Positions 36,968 to 51,199 of a DNA stretch of 64,000 nt are shown one piece after another. Source of the DNA: Octopus vulgaris (lineage: Eukaryota). Within the stretch, counting starts at the first letter, position 1. The number at the start of each line of letters is the position of its first letter. The stretch spans positions 32,550,001 through 32,614,000 of the forward strand of contig OX597835.1 in assembly GCA_951406725.2 (NCBI GenBank), written 5' to 3'. The notes under the pieces were generated by a model, which saw only the letters and a list, made by a program, of their open reading frames with translations, was not told the DNA's origin and made no database searches. The translations under genes and the position numbers were made by a program.

Positions 36968-38435
36968 ATGAGACTCAAAACGCTCAAAGAATTTTCTAAA
37001 TTTCATAAGTGTTTGATGGAAACTTTAAAATTAGTCTGAGAAAACGCCCAGGTTTTTGGAGATATAATCAAATGCATTAGGTCCCGTTCATTTTCGTCCG
37101 ACGTTTGAAATAATTTTGTTTAATCATATTAAGAGTAAAAACACGTATTTGTAAGACTTACTTCACTTAAGTATGAACTATTGCGTCTGGTTTCTTGTTC
37201 CGGAAGTTTACTCACGAAACACAATATTCTAGATTCTAGATTCACTAAATTAATGGATAGAAGTTCGTTTCACAGATTTCGTTCTGAAAGAGAAAAAAAA
37301 TTCGAAAAAAAGAAAGAATATCCTGACTCACTCACTCACACATTCACTCACTCACTCACATACTACACAAAGTTCGTCCGGAAATAATGGTTTGTCAGAT
37401 GCGGACCATTATTTCACACTGAGATGCCGTTTTATATTTTATTACACCCAGCTATGTCGTTTGTCTTTAAAAGACAAACATCTAACGATACACACATGAA
37501 AACGCCATTGTACAAATATCTGCGCATTTATACACGTAAACGTTTACATTAAATTTATTAAGAGTTGAGGTGTAATTAATATATGTCAACTACACATTTC
37601 GAAAACAAAATAACAAATTGTACTTCTATTGAAGAAGAAACATTGATGATGTATTCGCCCCTTGATACTCTTCTAATTAAACTTTATCACTTAACTCCGT
37701 GGAGACCGGATATGCTCTGAGTTGACAAAAGTCGATTGCAATGTAAAAGCCAGCGTGTAACAGTGTGGATATTCTGAGTAGCAATAGTCTGTCTGTCTGT
37801 CTTTCTCTCTTACACACACACACACTCACACACGCACACATACGCAGTGGAGGCACATGGCCTAGTGGAGGCACATGGCCGCAGCGGACTCGCAGTCGAG
37901 GGATCGCTGGTTCGAATCTCAGACCGGGCGATGTGTGTGTTTATGAGCGGAACACCTAAGCTCCACGCGGCTCCGGTAGAAGGTCATGGCGAACTTCTGC
38001 TGACTCTTTCACCACAACTTTCTCTCACTCTTTCCTCCTGCATGTTGCAGCTCACCTGCGACGGACCGGCGTCCCGTCCAGGTGGGGAACCCATACGCCA
38101 AGGAAACCGGAAACCGGCCCTTATGAGCCAGGTATGGCTCGAGAAGGAACAACGCATACGCACACAGCAAGCACACGCACGCATGCAATCATGTATAGGA
38201 GCAGGCATGTCTGTGTGGTTAAGAAGCTCTTTGTAACCCTGGTGTTTTGGGTTCAATCTCACTGCGCGATGCCATGATCAAGTGACCTCCACTATATCAA
38301 CGGCTCACTCAATGCCTTGTGAGTGAATTTGGTTGATGGAAACTGTGAAGAAGCCCATCATTCATATATACAGACGTTACTATACTTGTGCCTTTTGGTT
38401 GTACATTGCGAACATTCCACCTTAATAATTTATAC

Positions 38436-38775
38436 ATGGTTCAGTGGTTAGAGCGTCGAGCTTACGATCATGAGGTTGTAACTTCGAATCCCGGACAGGG
38501 CTGCATGTTGTGTTCTTTATTTCACATCCCTCCAGCTCTCACAGCTGTAGAAATGAGTTGTGACGTCACAGATGCCAAACCGTATCGGTGTTCGCCTTTC
38601 CCTTGGATAACATCGGTGGTGTGGAGAGGAGAGGCTGGTATGCATGGGCGACTGCTGGTCTTCCATAAAAAGAACCCTAGGTTGTGCGTTCGCCGGTGAG
38701 GCGACTTTCCGCCCAGACTTGTACCCTAGAGGGGAACCTTTTAGGTGCACCTACGGTCATTTTTGACTGGCGGAG

Positions 38776-38780
<5 letters not shown>
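38436..38780 (+). mobile_element. SINE family D (tRNA-derived head)
   Basis: A box TGGTTCAGTGGTTAGAGCG, B-box-like CTTCGAATCCCG, ~340-bp body ending at (CA)n; single copy in the window. Confidence 0.6.
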
Positions 38781-38825
<45 letters not shown>

Positions 38826-39619
38826 GTATATACACAGACATGACTTTATATATTTGTGTTTGTGTGTAGATATATATATTTCTTTATCTCTTTATTGCCC
38901 ACAAGGGGCTAAACACAGAGGGGACAAACAAGGACAGACAAAAGGATTAAGTCGATTGCATCGACCACAGTGCGTAACTGGTACTTTATTTATCGACCCA
39001 GAAAGGATGAAAGGCAAAGTCGACCTCGGTGGAATTTGAACTCAGAACGTAACGGCAGACGAAATACGGCTACGCATTTCGCCCGGTGTGCTAACGTTTC
39101 TGCCAGCTTACCGCCTTAGCGTACACACACACACACGCACATATATGTATGTATCTCTCTCTCCCTCTCTATATATGTGTGTGTGTGCACGTGCATTTGT
39201 GTGCGCTCTCGTGAGTGTGGTTGTGCATATATATTTGTGAATGTATGTACCTATATGTGTGTGCGCGTATTTGTGTGAATGCGTGCGTGTATTTTTGCGT
39301 GCGCCGATGAACGTGTCTAAGTATTTGTGAACGTATCCTTGTGCGTGCGTGTGCATATTTGTGCACGCACATATGCATATTTTGTGTATCTGTGTCCGTA
39401 TATTCGTGCATGTGCGTGCACTCGTGTGCGTGCCCTTGTGCGTGCGTGTGAGACTGTCGTTACTCTGAATTTATCGATCGTTCATACAACAGAAAATATT
39501 AATGGCGGCTTGATTTATACAAGAATTCACTACACGTTGAGCTACTCTTTATTCTTCGATGGTCACAACGGGCCAGTGCTTTGCTTATCATAACCTTGTA
39601 TATGTTTGGTTAAGTTATA

Positions 39620-40400
39620 CCCGTTAACTTTATATTCTCAATGTTCCTTCGGCAAATAACTCTTCAAACTTGTTTTCAGGTCAGAGTTACATAACGTATT
39701 TTTAGAATCAAGAGAGGACTTATATTATCCCTGTCACTGAAAAGTAAAATTCTTACTCTTAATACAGATGAACAAGGTCTGCAATAAAAACAACATAAAT
39801 GCTAGCAACGGCTGACAAGGCAATAGAAACTTCGAAATTTACAGCCACAGCCTAAGTTTCTCAGAAACATTTCGCCATTGTTATAGCGTAAATGCCACTA
39901 TAGAATTGCACTAATATGTCTAATCTATGAAAAATGTCTCTCGAATGCTTTTGTGTATATAGCTACCGTGACAAAACCAAATTGTAGAATATTCGTATAC
40001 AGAGGGTTAACAGAAAGTGACTTGAAATATCGGTGTATACAGAACATACATTCCTACATAGCCAAAGACAAAATCAGCTCAGCATCAATATTCTAAAACA
40101 TTTGAAAGCTCTAAAGCAGTGGAATCAATATTTTGATAAAATGGAGTATTTCTGAAAACGTTATGCAAATATGCAAGGTTGATAGAATGAGGAATAGAAA
40201 TTCTGGAAATGAGTGGAATATCTGGCATAGAAGCTTTCTTGATCAAGTCTCAGATGCGATGAAGTGAACACATCATTCGCGTAAATAGGGGTCGAATACT
40301 CAAACAAATCTATGATAATTGGCTTGTAAATTCACGATGCAATGTAGGCCACTTCTACGGCATAAGGACAAATTCAAAGATAAAATTTGAAACGCTTGAA
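39620..40400 (+). pseudogene. Highly decayed Penelope-like GIY-YIG relic
   Basis: KCLSNAFVYIATVTKPNCRIFVYRGLTESDLKYR around 39930-40040. Confidence 0.55.
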
Positions 40401-40426
40401 TATTAGCAATGGAAATTTTGAGAATC

Positions 40427-40867
40427 GGATCTTTTCGGTTTGAACGGCAGTTTTTAACATAATTTCTAGGTTACTAAAAAATTTTAAACTTCGTATACTG
40501 GTAGAATGTGTTTATAAAACATCTTTTTCTCTTGGCTTTATTGAGAAAATTCTATAGTTTGTAAGATATTTGTTGCTGTTTTTCTTCAATTTCTGCAATT
40601 TCAACCAATCATTGACGTCTATTGAAGCAAAAACATTCTGTGCCGTATGAATATGTCCCTCATTTAAGAAACAGATTGGGTTTATTTACATTTGTGAAGA
40701 AAAAATATACCTTTCTCCCCACCCCTAACCCTAACCCTAACTAATCCTTACTAACCCTAACCCTAAAATAAATTGAAATGCAATAGATCGATACTAGTGT
40801 CATAATTATGGGTGACAATTTCATATGACACCGCTAGAAAAAACTGCCGTTCAAACCGAAAAGATCC
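40427..40867. mobile_element. MITE with (CCCTAA)n and 8-bp TSD
   Basis: Perfect TIR GGATCTTTTCGGTTTGAACGGCAGTTTTT; TSD TGAGAATC at 40419-40426 and 40868-40875. Confidence 0.92.
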
Positions 40868-41558
40868 TGAGAATCTTGCGAAAAATTATACAGACTGGAG
40901 GAGAAAGTGCTTTTTGCAGCTTCAAAATTTCGAAGCTCAAAGGGTAATTCACCAAGAGTAGTTACGAAAAATATAGGAAAATAAACCAACAGAATAACAG
41001 TCATCACGTGCCAGTTTATTAAGTCATGTTCTTATGTCCATCCATAGTGATTTTGGTAGCCTGAGGACTCACACGAGGTGTCTACAGGCGAGTGAGTGAA
41101 CTGTAAACGTTGGTAAATAGTTTTACTAATAATGTGTTGTTGATTGTCTATTGTGTATTTGATTGGATACTTTTCCTTTCTGTCTTCTTGTTGAATATTC
41201 ACTCCTCGTCTTCGATCGGAGAGTCCGTCATAGGTATATACACATATAGATACATACATGCATACACACATACACATGTATGTGTGTATGCGTGTGTCTG
41301 ATTTGAGGGGATTTGGTTGAGTGGATGTGTGCGTGTGTTTATATATATGTGTATGTGTTTGTGTGTGTGTACGTGTGTGTATAGCCAAGAGTGACCGGTC
41401 AGTCTAGGGAATTCTCGGTTCGGTGTTCGGGGCGATTACAGCCCCTATCAGAGTTTATGATGTGTGCTTTATAAAAGCGTTGGAGCATTTAGCTCTTATT
41501 TCTAGCAATGTAGGTGTCTTGACACGCTTAATCACGCTTAGTTGAGGACTATAATTCT

Positions 41559-41603
<45 letters not shown>

Positions 41604-41607
<4 letters not shown>

Positions 41608-42004
41608 GGGAATAAAATCCAAACTTACAAGGAAAAAAATTCAATTTAGAAATACTAAATCAAATTTTACACAATATATTATATATATAAAAAATTAGAA
41701 AAAACAACTTTTATCAATTCAAAATGAACAATTAAATTACACCATCTAGAAAATTACATATAATAGAAAAATTAAAATTAAAATAGCAATAAGATGTAAA
41801 GATTAAGTAAATTGCAAAAAATAATAATAATAAAACGTATATAATAGGTAGAAAAACAGAAAAAGGAGTTTTTATTATTATTTTTTGCAATTTACTTAAT
41901 CTTTACATTTTATTGCTATTTTAATTTTAATTTTTCTATTATATGTAATTTTCTAGATGGTGTAATTTAATTGTTCATTTTAAATTGATAAAAGTTGTTT
42001 TTTC

Positions 42005-42012
<8 letters not shown>
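41604..42012. mobile_element. AT-rich fold-back element in (TA)n
   Basis: ~41690-41832 is the reverse complement of ~41870-42012; family shared with 8890-10525. Confidence 0.8.
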
Positions 42013-42054
<42 letters not shown>

Positions 42055-43619
42055 GTAAATTACAATTAAGGGTATCTAAGAGATAACTTCCATGCTAGAG
42101 ATAGCAGTCAAAACTTGACTCTGAAACCACAAGTGGTTTTAGAGTTTAGTATAAGAATGAAAGAATTGGATATATATGTACACACGCATACACACACGGA
42201 GTATTATTGTTGTTGTTGTTATTATTATTATCATTATTATCATTATTATTATTATTGTTATTATTACTAGTATATAGTAGCAGTAGTGGTGGTGGTGTTG
42301 GTAGTGGTGGTAAGCTTGATTAACGAAGTTTTGCTGAATTGTGAAGAATTCTGAAAACATCTACTAACGAGACATGGCTATATCGTTAGTTCTGTGTAAC
42401 GATGTGTGAAGAACGTGAGTGTATGTGTACGTGTGTCTGCGCGTGTGTGTGTATGTGTGTGTTTACGCAGTTATGGGTGCATGTAAGTATTTGTTTTGCT
42501 TATTGAGTGTAAATGTGTATCTATATGTCTGTGCGAGAACCTGTATGCTTTAATGTTTGTATCAACGCGTACATAGGCAGGATGCATGGCAAAAAGAAAA
42601 TATACCACTGAACTGACGTCTTCGGTTGTTATGTTTGTTCCTTCTCGAGCCATGCCTGGCTCATAAGGGCCGGTTTCCCGGTTTCTTGGCGTATAGGTTC
42701 CCCACCCGGACGGTTCGCCGGTCCGTCGCAGGTGAGCTGCAAGATGCAGGAGGAAAGAGTGAGAGAAAGTTGTGGCGAAAGAATCAGCAAAAGTGTCGCC
42801 ATTACCTTCTGTCGGAGCCGCGTGGAGCTTACATGTTTTCGCTCATAAACACACACATCGCCCGGTCTGAGATTCGAACCCGCGATCCCTCGACCATGTG
42901 CCTCGGTTGTTATCCCTGAATCTTACCGATATCTATTTCTCAGATGCTCAGATAGGCTTTGGGACTGACAAAATCTACAGAGACATCTAAACGACGACAG
43001 CAGTGAACAGTTGTGGTCATTGCTTGTGAGACACTTCTTTCTGTAGCTCGGCTTTTTGAAGGAAATTTAGCCTTGGTTAAGTGCTATCAACTTATTCTAC
43101 TGTGAAGATTATCTCCATTGCTTTTCTTTGGCTGAGAAGGATCGGCAGTCTTTGTCTGCAGTATCGAAAATGATTATGTTGAATGAGATTGAAAATGCTG
43201 AAGAAAAAACACCTTTCTCTTTAATCAAGCCCTCATCAACTTTTTCAAGGAAACTGAAGGCAGGGAGGGAAGTGTTACCTTCGGGCAAATTTGCCCAAAG
43301 GAGGATGAGGAAAGTGACCATGGTATGAGTGAATTGACCTGTTCTGAGCTTGCGTTTATAGTTTGAAGGAGGACGACGGGGAGAGAAGGCTTGCCTAAGT
43401 GATCAGGTTGACAGCGGTTTTGTGGGGTTCCACGACTCGCCCCAGGATGACATTTAGTGTTTCCTGTTTTGGGAACGTAGTCATTGTTTAACTTATATTT
43501 GTTCATTTTTGCTTATGCTATTTTCCTGTTTACACGCTTTCCACGTAATCCCATTCTGCATTATCCTGTACTAATCCCGATGGTTTGATCAAGCTTAGGT
43601 AGGCTACGAAAGAAAACAG

Positions 43620-45975
43620 TAACAGCTCGGCGTGCTAATGATTCTTATTTCTTTATTGCCCACAAGGGGCTAAATATAGAGGGGACAAACAAGGACAGAC
43701 AGAGGGATTAAGTCGATTATTTCGACCCTAGTGCGTAACTGGTACTTAATTTATCGACCCCGAAAAGTCGACCTCGGCGGAATTTGAACTCAGAACGTAG
43801 CGGCAGACAAAATACCGCTAAGCATTTCGCCAGGCGTGCTAACAATTCTGCCAGATCGCCGCCTTTAGAAGAATTTTAATCATGGTTTCAAATTTTGGCC
43901 GAAGGCCAGCAAATTCTAGGGTTAGAAGTCAATTTCATCGACCCCAGTTCAACTCCAGTTTAACGGGTACTTATTTTATCGACTCTGAAAAGATAAAAGG
44001 CAAAATCAAACTCAGCGAAATTTCAGCTCAGAACATAAAGACGGTCGAAATGCCGCTAAGCATTTTGTCCGGCGTGCCAACAGTTCTGCCAGCTCACCAA
44101 CTTATAGAAAATATTAATATTATTATTCGTTTCAAATTTTGGCATAAGGTCCTAATTGCAGTGAGGGGGCACCCTAAGTGCTCAACGACCCCGAAAGGAT
44201 AAAGGGAAAATCGACCGAGACGAAACAATTTGAGCTCAGAACATAAAGACGGTCGAAATGCCGCTAAGCATTTTGTCCGGCGTGCCAACAGTTCTGCCAG
44301 CTCACCGCCTTAATGAAAACATTAATATTGTTATTAGTTTAAAGACAGTGAGTAGGTAGAATTGTTAGCAGACAAGACAAAAATGCTTCACGACATTTCG
44401 TCCGACTTTACGTTCTAATAGCACCGAGGTCATTTCAAATGCCGACTAGTTCGATTTCGCGTTTTATCCTGTCACAGTTGATGAAATAAGCGCCAGTTTA
44501 AGTCTGGGTCGATGTAGTCAAAATTACTGGCCTTGTGTTTTATTTAGAAAGGGTCTTACTATTTTTCTCATGATCGTTATCCTCATCATCAATACCCTCA
44601 TCATCATCATCATCATCATCATCACTACCTACCTGTTTCTTTACTACCCACAGGGGGCTAAACACAGATGGGACAAACAAGGACAGAAAAAACGGATTAA
44701 GTCGATTACATTGACCCCAGTGCGTAACTGGCATTTAATTTATCGACCCCGATAGGATGAAAGGCAAAGTCGACCTCGGCGGAATTTGAACTCAGAACGT
44801 AACGGCAGACGAAATACAGCTACACATTTCGCCCGGCGTGCTAACGTTTCTGCCAGCTCGCCGCCTTCATCATCATCATCATCAGCAGCAGCAGCAGCAT
44901 CATCATAATCACTACCATCATCATTTTTTCACTGTTATTTCTATTTTCTCCCAGTCAAAGTTTATTGAAAAATTTCCTTTCATCTTCATTTGTCTTCCAT
45001 ATTCTCACACTCTAATTCATTCTCTACACCTGCTACATAAAAATTGCTTTACTTTCAGACTAAGAAAAAAAGAACATTCATATTCTTAGTATAAATATAA
45101 TACGAAACCAAAAAGAACAAAACAACACCCCCACCACGCACAAAAAAAACCCAACAAAAGAACCAATGAGAAATGGAATACGGAATTATTAAATTGTTTT
45201 ACACAACATCATAGCATACGACTGGACGAAACACATTCGGCTGTCTGTAACTTTATTGACAGGCGGTAATGCATTAGGTGTTGTATCAGTTCAAAGAAGC
45301 GGCAACACATTTGGTGTTCTTTTAATATGCAACTGGGTAATTAGGCGGCGAGATGGCAGAGTCGTTAGCATGCTTAGTGGCATTTTGTCTCCTTTTTTTT
45401 ATGTTCTGAGTTCAAATGTCACTGAGGTCGATTTTACCTTTTATCATTTCCATGGTCAATAAAATTATTACTAGTTGAGCACTGGAGTCGATGTAATCGA
45501 CTTGCGCCAGCCCCTTTAAAATGGCTGACCTTGTACCAAAATTTGAAACCGTTAAGGCAGCGAGCTAGCAGAATCGTTAGCATGCCTGCCGAAATGCTTA
45601 ACCGTATTTCGTCTGCCGTTACGTTCTGAGTTCAAATTCCGCCGAGGTCGACTTTGCCTTTCATCCTTTCGGGGTCGATACATTAAATACCAGTTACGCA
45701 TTGGAGTCGATATAATCAACTTAATCCGTTTGTCTGTCCTTGTTTGACCCCTCTGTGTTTAGCCCCTTGTGGGTAGTAAAGAAATAGGTATTTCGTTTGA
45801 CTTTACATTCTGAGTTCAAATTTCGCAGAGGTCGACTTTGTCTTTCATCCTTTCGGGGTCGATAAATTAAGTACCAGTTAGGCACTGGGGTCGATATAAT
45901 CGACTTAATCCGTTTACCTGTCCGTCCTTGTTTGTCCCCTCTGTGTTTAGCCTTTTGTGGGTAGTAAAGAAATAA
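43620..45975. mobile_element. Dense cluster of family B SINEs in both orientations
   Basis: About eight full or partial units recognised by head, B box and Nin-like domain. Confidence 0.8.
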
Positions 45976-46357
45976 GAATCGTTAGGATGCGTAGGAGTGG
46001 CTGTGTGGTAAGTAGCTTGCTTATCAACCACATGGCTCCGGGTTCAATCCCACTGTGTGGCACCTTGGGCAAGTGTCTTCTGCTATAGCTTTGGCCTGAC
46101 CAAAGCCTTATGAGTGGATTTGGTAGACGGAAACTGAAAGAAGCCTGTATGTGTATGTGTGTATATGTTTGTGTGTCTGTGTTTGTCCCCCACCCAACAT
46201 CGCTTGACAACCGATGGTGGTGTGTTTACGTCCTTGTAACGAAGTAGTTCGGCCAAATGACCGATAGAATAAGTACTAGGCTTACAAAGAACAAAAGAAT
46301 ACATGTATGTATGTATGTATGTATGTATGTATGTATGTATGTATGTATATATCTATA

Positions 46358-46407
<50 letters not shown>

Positions 46408-46668
46408 CGACAAATTTATTTTAGTTTCCGTCTACCAAACCCACTCACAAGGCTTAAGTTAACCCGAGACTATAACAGAAGATGGTTATGCAAGTGCCAC
46501 GCAGTATGTACGTATGTATGTATGTATGTATGTATGTATGTATGTATGTATGTATGTATGTATGTATGTATGTATGTATGTATATATGTATGTATGTATG
46601 AGTTTATGTATGTATGTATATATGCATGTATGTATGTATATATGTATGCATGTATGCATGTATGTATG

Positions 46669-46699
<31 letters not shown>

Positions 46700-47270
46700 T
46701 GACTGTAGCACACGCCAGTAGTATTGATTATTTCGTCGTCAGATAGCTGAAATGGAATATCGACTACAGTTAAACTTTTTATCGCAATACAAACATAAGG
46801 GCCACATCTCGCATTTGGTAGGTTTTATGGAAGAATCCGCAAGTTTGGTAACAAAAAAAAAAAAGAAACCAAAAAAGAGAAAATAATAATAATTTGTGAA
46901 GTCGAAGAGAATGATTTAAAAAAAAAAAGGATCTGACTATAGAAAGTTGTTCAAGAATTGACGTTGATGAGGTTTTATGCTTGGAATAAAAGAAATGAGG
47001 AGATTAGTTGTCATCAGGGAATGCCTATAAAGTGAAGAATGGTAAGTAAGGAATTACTGTACAAAAATTGCTACCGTGTTGGAACATGTAAAGAATACAG
47101 GAATAATTCTGAAAGAACGATGTATTGCACTTGAATAATTCAAAAGAAGAAACCTTTGAGAGAACAAAACAGCTACATAAAAAATGAAAAACACAATCAA
47201 TACAATACACATACGAGTTCATACGTACGCATGCGTAAGTGCGAACGTTTGTGCTTTGAGTGTGCACACA

Positions 47271-47305
<35 letters not shown>

Positions 47306-47316
47306 TGATATATATG

Positions 47317-47347
<31 letters not shown>

Positions 47348-47372
47348 TGATATATATGTATGTATATGTATG

Positions 47373-47403
<31 letters not shown>

Positions 47404-47428
47404 TGATATATATGTATGTATATGTATG

Positions 47429-47495
<67 letters not shown>

Positions 47496-47575
47496 TATAT
47501 ATGTATGTATATGTATATATATATATGTATATATATGTATGTATGTATGTATGTATCTATCTATCTATCTATCTA

Positions 47576-47616
<41 letters not shown>

Positions 47617-48016
47617 GGTTGTTTGCGAACATTCAAAAGGACACAAACATGTTTGCGTGTGTGTGTATATATATGTGTGTGTGTTGTGTGTGCGTGTACC
47701 CACACACACATATGCACATACCCCTCCACACAGACATACACACACACGCACACACACATACACACGCATATATATATACTGAAAGATAGAAAGAGAGAGA
47801 GGGGGAGGGGGAGAAAGTGGGAGACAGAGGGATAGTGAGAGAGAGGGGATAAGGAGAGAGGGGGGGTGAGAGAGAGTGAGAGAAAGAGGGAGGAACCAGA
47901 GTGTGATGCCGTGAGAAAAGGTGAGAAAGATGGCTGGAGAGTGAGGGAGAGAGAGTATAGTGAGATATAGATACGATGAGAGAGGGAGACAGAGAGAGAG
48001 GGGGGGTGAAGAAGGA

Positions 48017-48048
<32 letters not shown>

Positions 48049-48785
48049 GAAAGAAGGGAGAGAAAGCGCGTGTGTCTCTGGAAAAAAACTGGCAGAAAAG
48101 AGGGAAAAAAACATGGACAGATTATTTTAGTGAGATGGATGAGTGAATAGATGTAGTTAAATTGTGGAATTGAATAGGAAAATTGGACTTTAAAAGATTA
48201 CTTTTACAGTCTGAGATAACATTATTTGGAGACGGCGTGACATGATGTGTGGGAACCGAACTGATTTGGTAAGTGAATTCAGTAAATTTCTGCAGAATGA
48301 ATACAGAAGACCTGATAAAATAGCCTGGATTCTGTCCTAGGAGCTGTACGGAGTGAATACAATTTACCAATGGCAGAAAATGTCCTGATCAGCTTCGTAA
48401 TACAATTTACTCTGCAAGAAAGACGCAAAGAGCGTCGGAAAAAAATGTCTCGTTGCCCTTATTTACGTTCCACATCTGAGTTCAAATCCTCCCTGCTCTT
48501 TAAGTCCATAATTGCTTTTTTTTATATTGAGCATGTACATCAGGATATAACTGTTGAATTAATCTGCATATAACATAACTCATAAATAAGGCGCAGGTGT
48601 GGCTGTGTGGTAAGAAGTTTACTCTTCCCCTACCAGCCACATGGTTCTAGGTTCAGTCCTACTGCATACGTGCTACCTTGGGCAAGTGTTTTCTACTATT
48701 GCCTCGGGCCGATTAAAGCCTTCTGTGTGGATTTTGTAGACAGAAACTGAAAGAAATCAGTCGTATATACACATACATACATACA

Positions 48786-48883
<98 letters not shown>

Positions 48884-50725
48884 TATATATATATATTCAT
48901 ATACAACGGACCATTTTGATTTTGTCTTGACGAGTTCGATAAACGAACAATACTGCTAATAAAGAATTATCCGAAATTCCGACTGCCTCCTTTTCCTCAA
49001 TATACAACATCTGTGCACCACTTCAAACAAGGAGGTATTATTTTCAGTCGCATTTGTTTGTTTGTCCATGGACAAGATATCTTAAGAACCGCTGGATGGA
49101 TTCGGATGAAACTGACTAGAATGTACTTTTCTGATGATGAACTTATTTCCGTGGTAAAGCTTTGGCGCCAGACATCCCCTCCCGACTTCTACACACGAGG
49201 CCTTCACAGATTCGATGAGAGAAGTGTGTTACCATTAAAGGTAGCAATGTAGAGAAGGACTAATAATTATGCGAAGTTTCGTTTAGCCCATTCCTTGGGA
49301 AGTGGGCCAGGGAAATTCTTCAATGAACACTTTTCGTACAAAGGAAAAGTAAAATCAAAAGTGGTAAAAAATTAACCTGAAGCACTATCTGTATGTAAGA
49401 TTTAAAAGGTGTCCACGTGGGTGTCCTGGTTTTGTTGATAAAAAAAGGTTTCAAATTTTGATGGAAGACCAACGATTTTATGAGATTAGTCGGGTACATC
49501 GACTTCAGTATTTCCCTGGGATTTTATTGTATCGATTCTAAAAGGATGTAGTGCAAAGTCGATCTCGGTGGAATTTGAACTCAGAACTTGAAGTCGGACG
49601 AAATGACGGCTTCACGTTCTGTCCGACGTGCTAACGATTGCGCCAGCTCAAGACGATTGTTTTAAAAATAATAATGATATAGGGTGGTATGTTAATTCAT
49701 AAGATAATTAACAAATGATCTCAAGAACAATAATAAATTTTGTGAAGTGTTACATAATTCCAGCAAATCAGGATTTCAAAATGAATGCAAAGGGGCAGTC
49801 GTAGATCCTGTCTTTTATAGTTCAGCAACTATTCCCCATAGCTTAGTTATCCTTCATGCACGAAAAGAACATTCTGCAAATGAAGTCTAATTTTCCTACG
49901 ACCTGTTTATTGAGGATCTCAATGCACCTTAGCATCGAACATATAATGACTTTCGTGACAGCACGAAAATTTATACGGCAACTAAATGTCACAGAGGACA
50001 CCCAAATAAATGCTGCAAAATTTATAACTATCAGAAGCTAACCGAAAACGCGCAGTGGTGTGTCAGTTTGACAACGCTGTGGAACAACTGGTAAAAGAAA
50101 ACTGAAAGAAGTTACTTCCAATGTTCTCAGTGATTTTATATGGTACCCTTGATGTCACTTCATTGTGGCTTGAAGAGACAGGAATCGGAAATGTACAAAA
50201 TATTTAAAGATACCGGTTTGAAGCGGGAGAGAAAAAAATGTCGGTGCAAAATCATTTGGAAAAAATTTTCAGTTGTTCGCTATGTTTCTATTGTGTGGAA
50301 AAGAAATTGCTCAAACTGCGGGAGGAAATTACAAAGGAGATTATTTCCATGGCCAACGTTTCATGTATGTATGTATGTATGTATGTATGTATGTATGTAT
50401 GTATGTATGTATGTATGTATGTATGTATGTATGTATGTATGTATGTATGTATATATGTATGTATGTGTGTATGTATGTATGTATGTATGTATCTATGTGT
50501 GTATGTATGTATGTATGTATGTATGTATGTATGTATGTATACTCTTTACTCTTTTACTTGTTTCAGTCATTTGACTGTGGCCATGCTGGAGCACCACCTT
50601 TAGTCGAGCAAATCAACCCCATGACTTATTCTTTGGAAGCCTAGTACCTATTCTATCGGTCTCTTTTGCCGAACCGCTAAGTTACGGGGTCATAAACACA
50701 TCAGCATCGGTTGTCAAACATATAT

Positions 50726-50790
<65 letters not shown>

Positions 50791-50979
50791 TACGACAGGC
50801 TTCTTTCAGTTTCCGTCTACCAAATCCACTCACAAAGCTTTGGTCGGCCCGAGGCTATAGTAGAAGACACTTGCCGAAGGTGCCACGCAGTGGAACTGAA
50901 CCCAGAACCATGTGGTTGGTAAGCAAGCTACTTACCACACAGCCACTCCTACGCCTATGTATATATATGTATGTATATA

Positions 50980-51060
<81 letters not shown>

Positions 51061-51199
51061 CTCTTTACTCTTTTACTTGTTTCAGTCATTTGATTGCGGC
51101 GATGCTGGAGCACCGCCTTTAGTCGAGAAAATCAGCCCCAGTACTAGTACTTATTCTATAGGGATCTTTTGCCGAACCGCTAATCTTCCATTTTAAAGG

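Noticed and set aside
37847-37930. tRNA-Arg-like gene (also 14780-14860, 34140-34220, 38436-38500)
   Set aside because: A/B boxes continue into SINE bodies and there is no complete cloverleaf; these are SINE heads.
42960-43510. Short overlapping ORFs in non-repetitive-looking DNA
   Set aside because: No recognisable motif or convincing splice pair; probably a decayed element.
48210-48268. Possible exon bounded by TTACAG and GTAAGT
   Set aside because: Weak pyrimidine tract and stops in all three frames; cannot be supported without RNA data.
49013-49130. Possible Helentron-associated (HINE-like) fragment; similar hint at 37300-37415
   Set aside because: Resemblance from memory only; no termini or second copy in the window.
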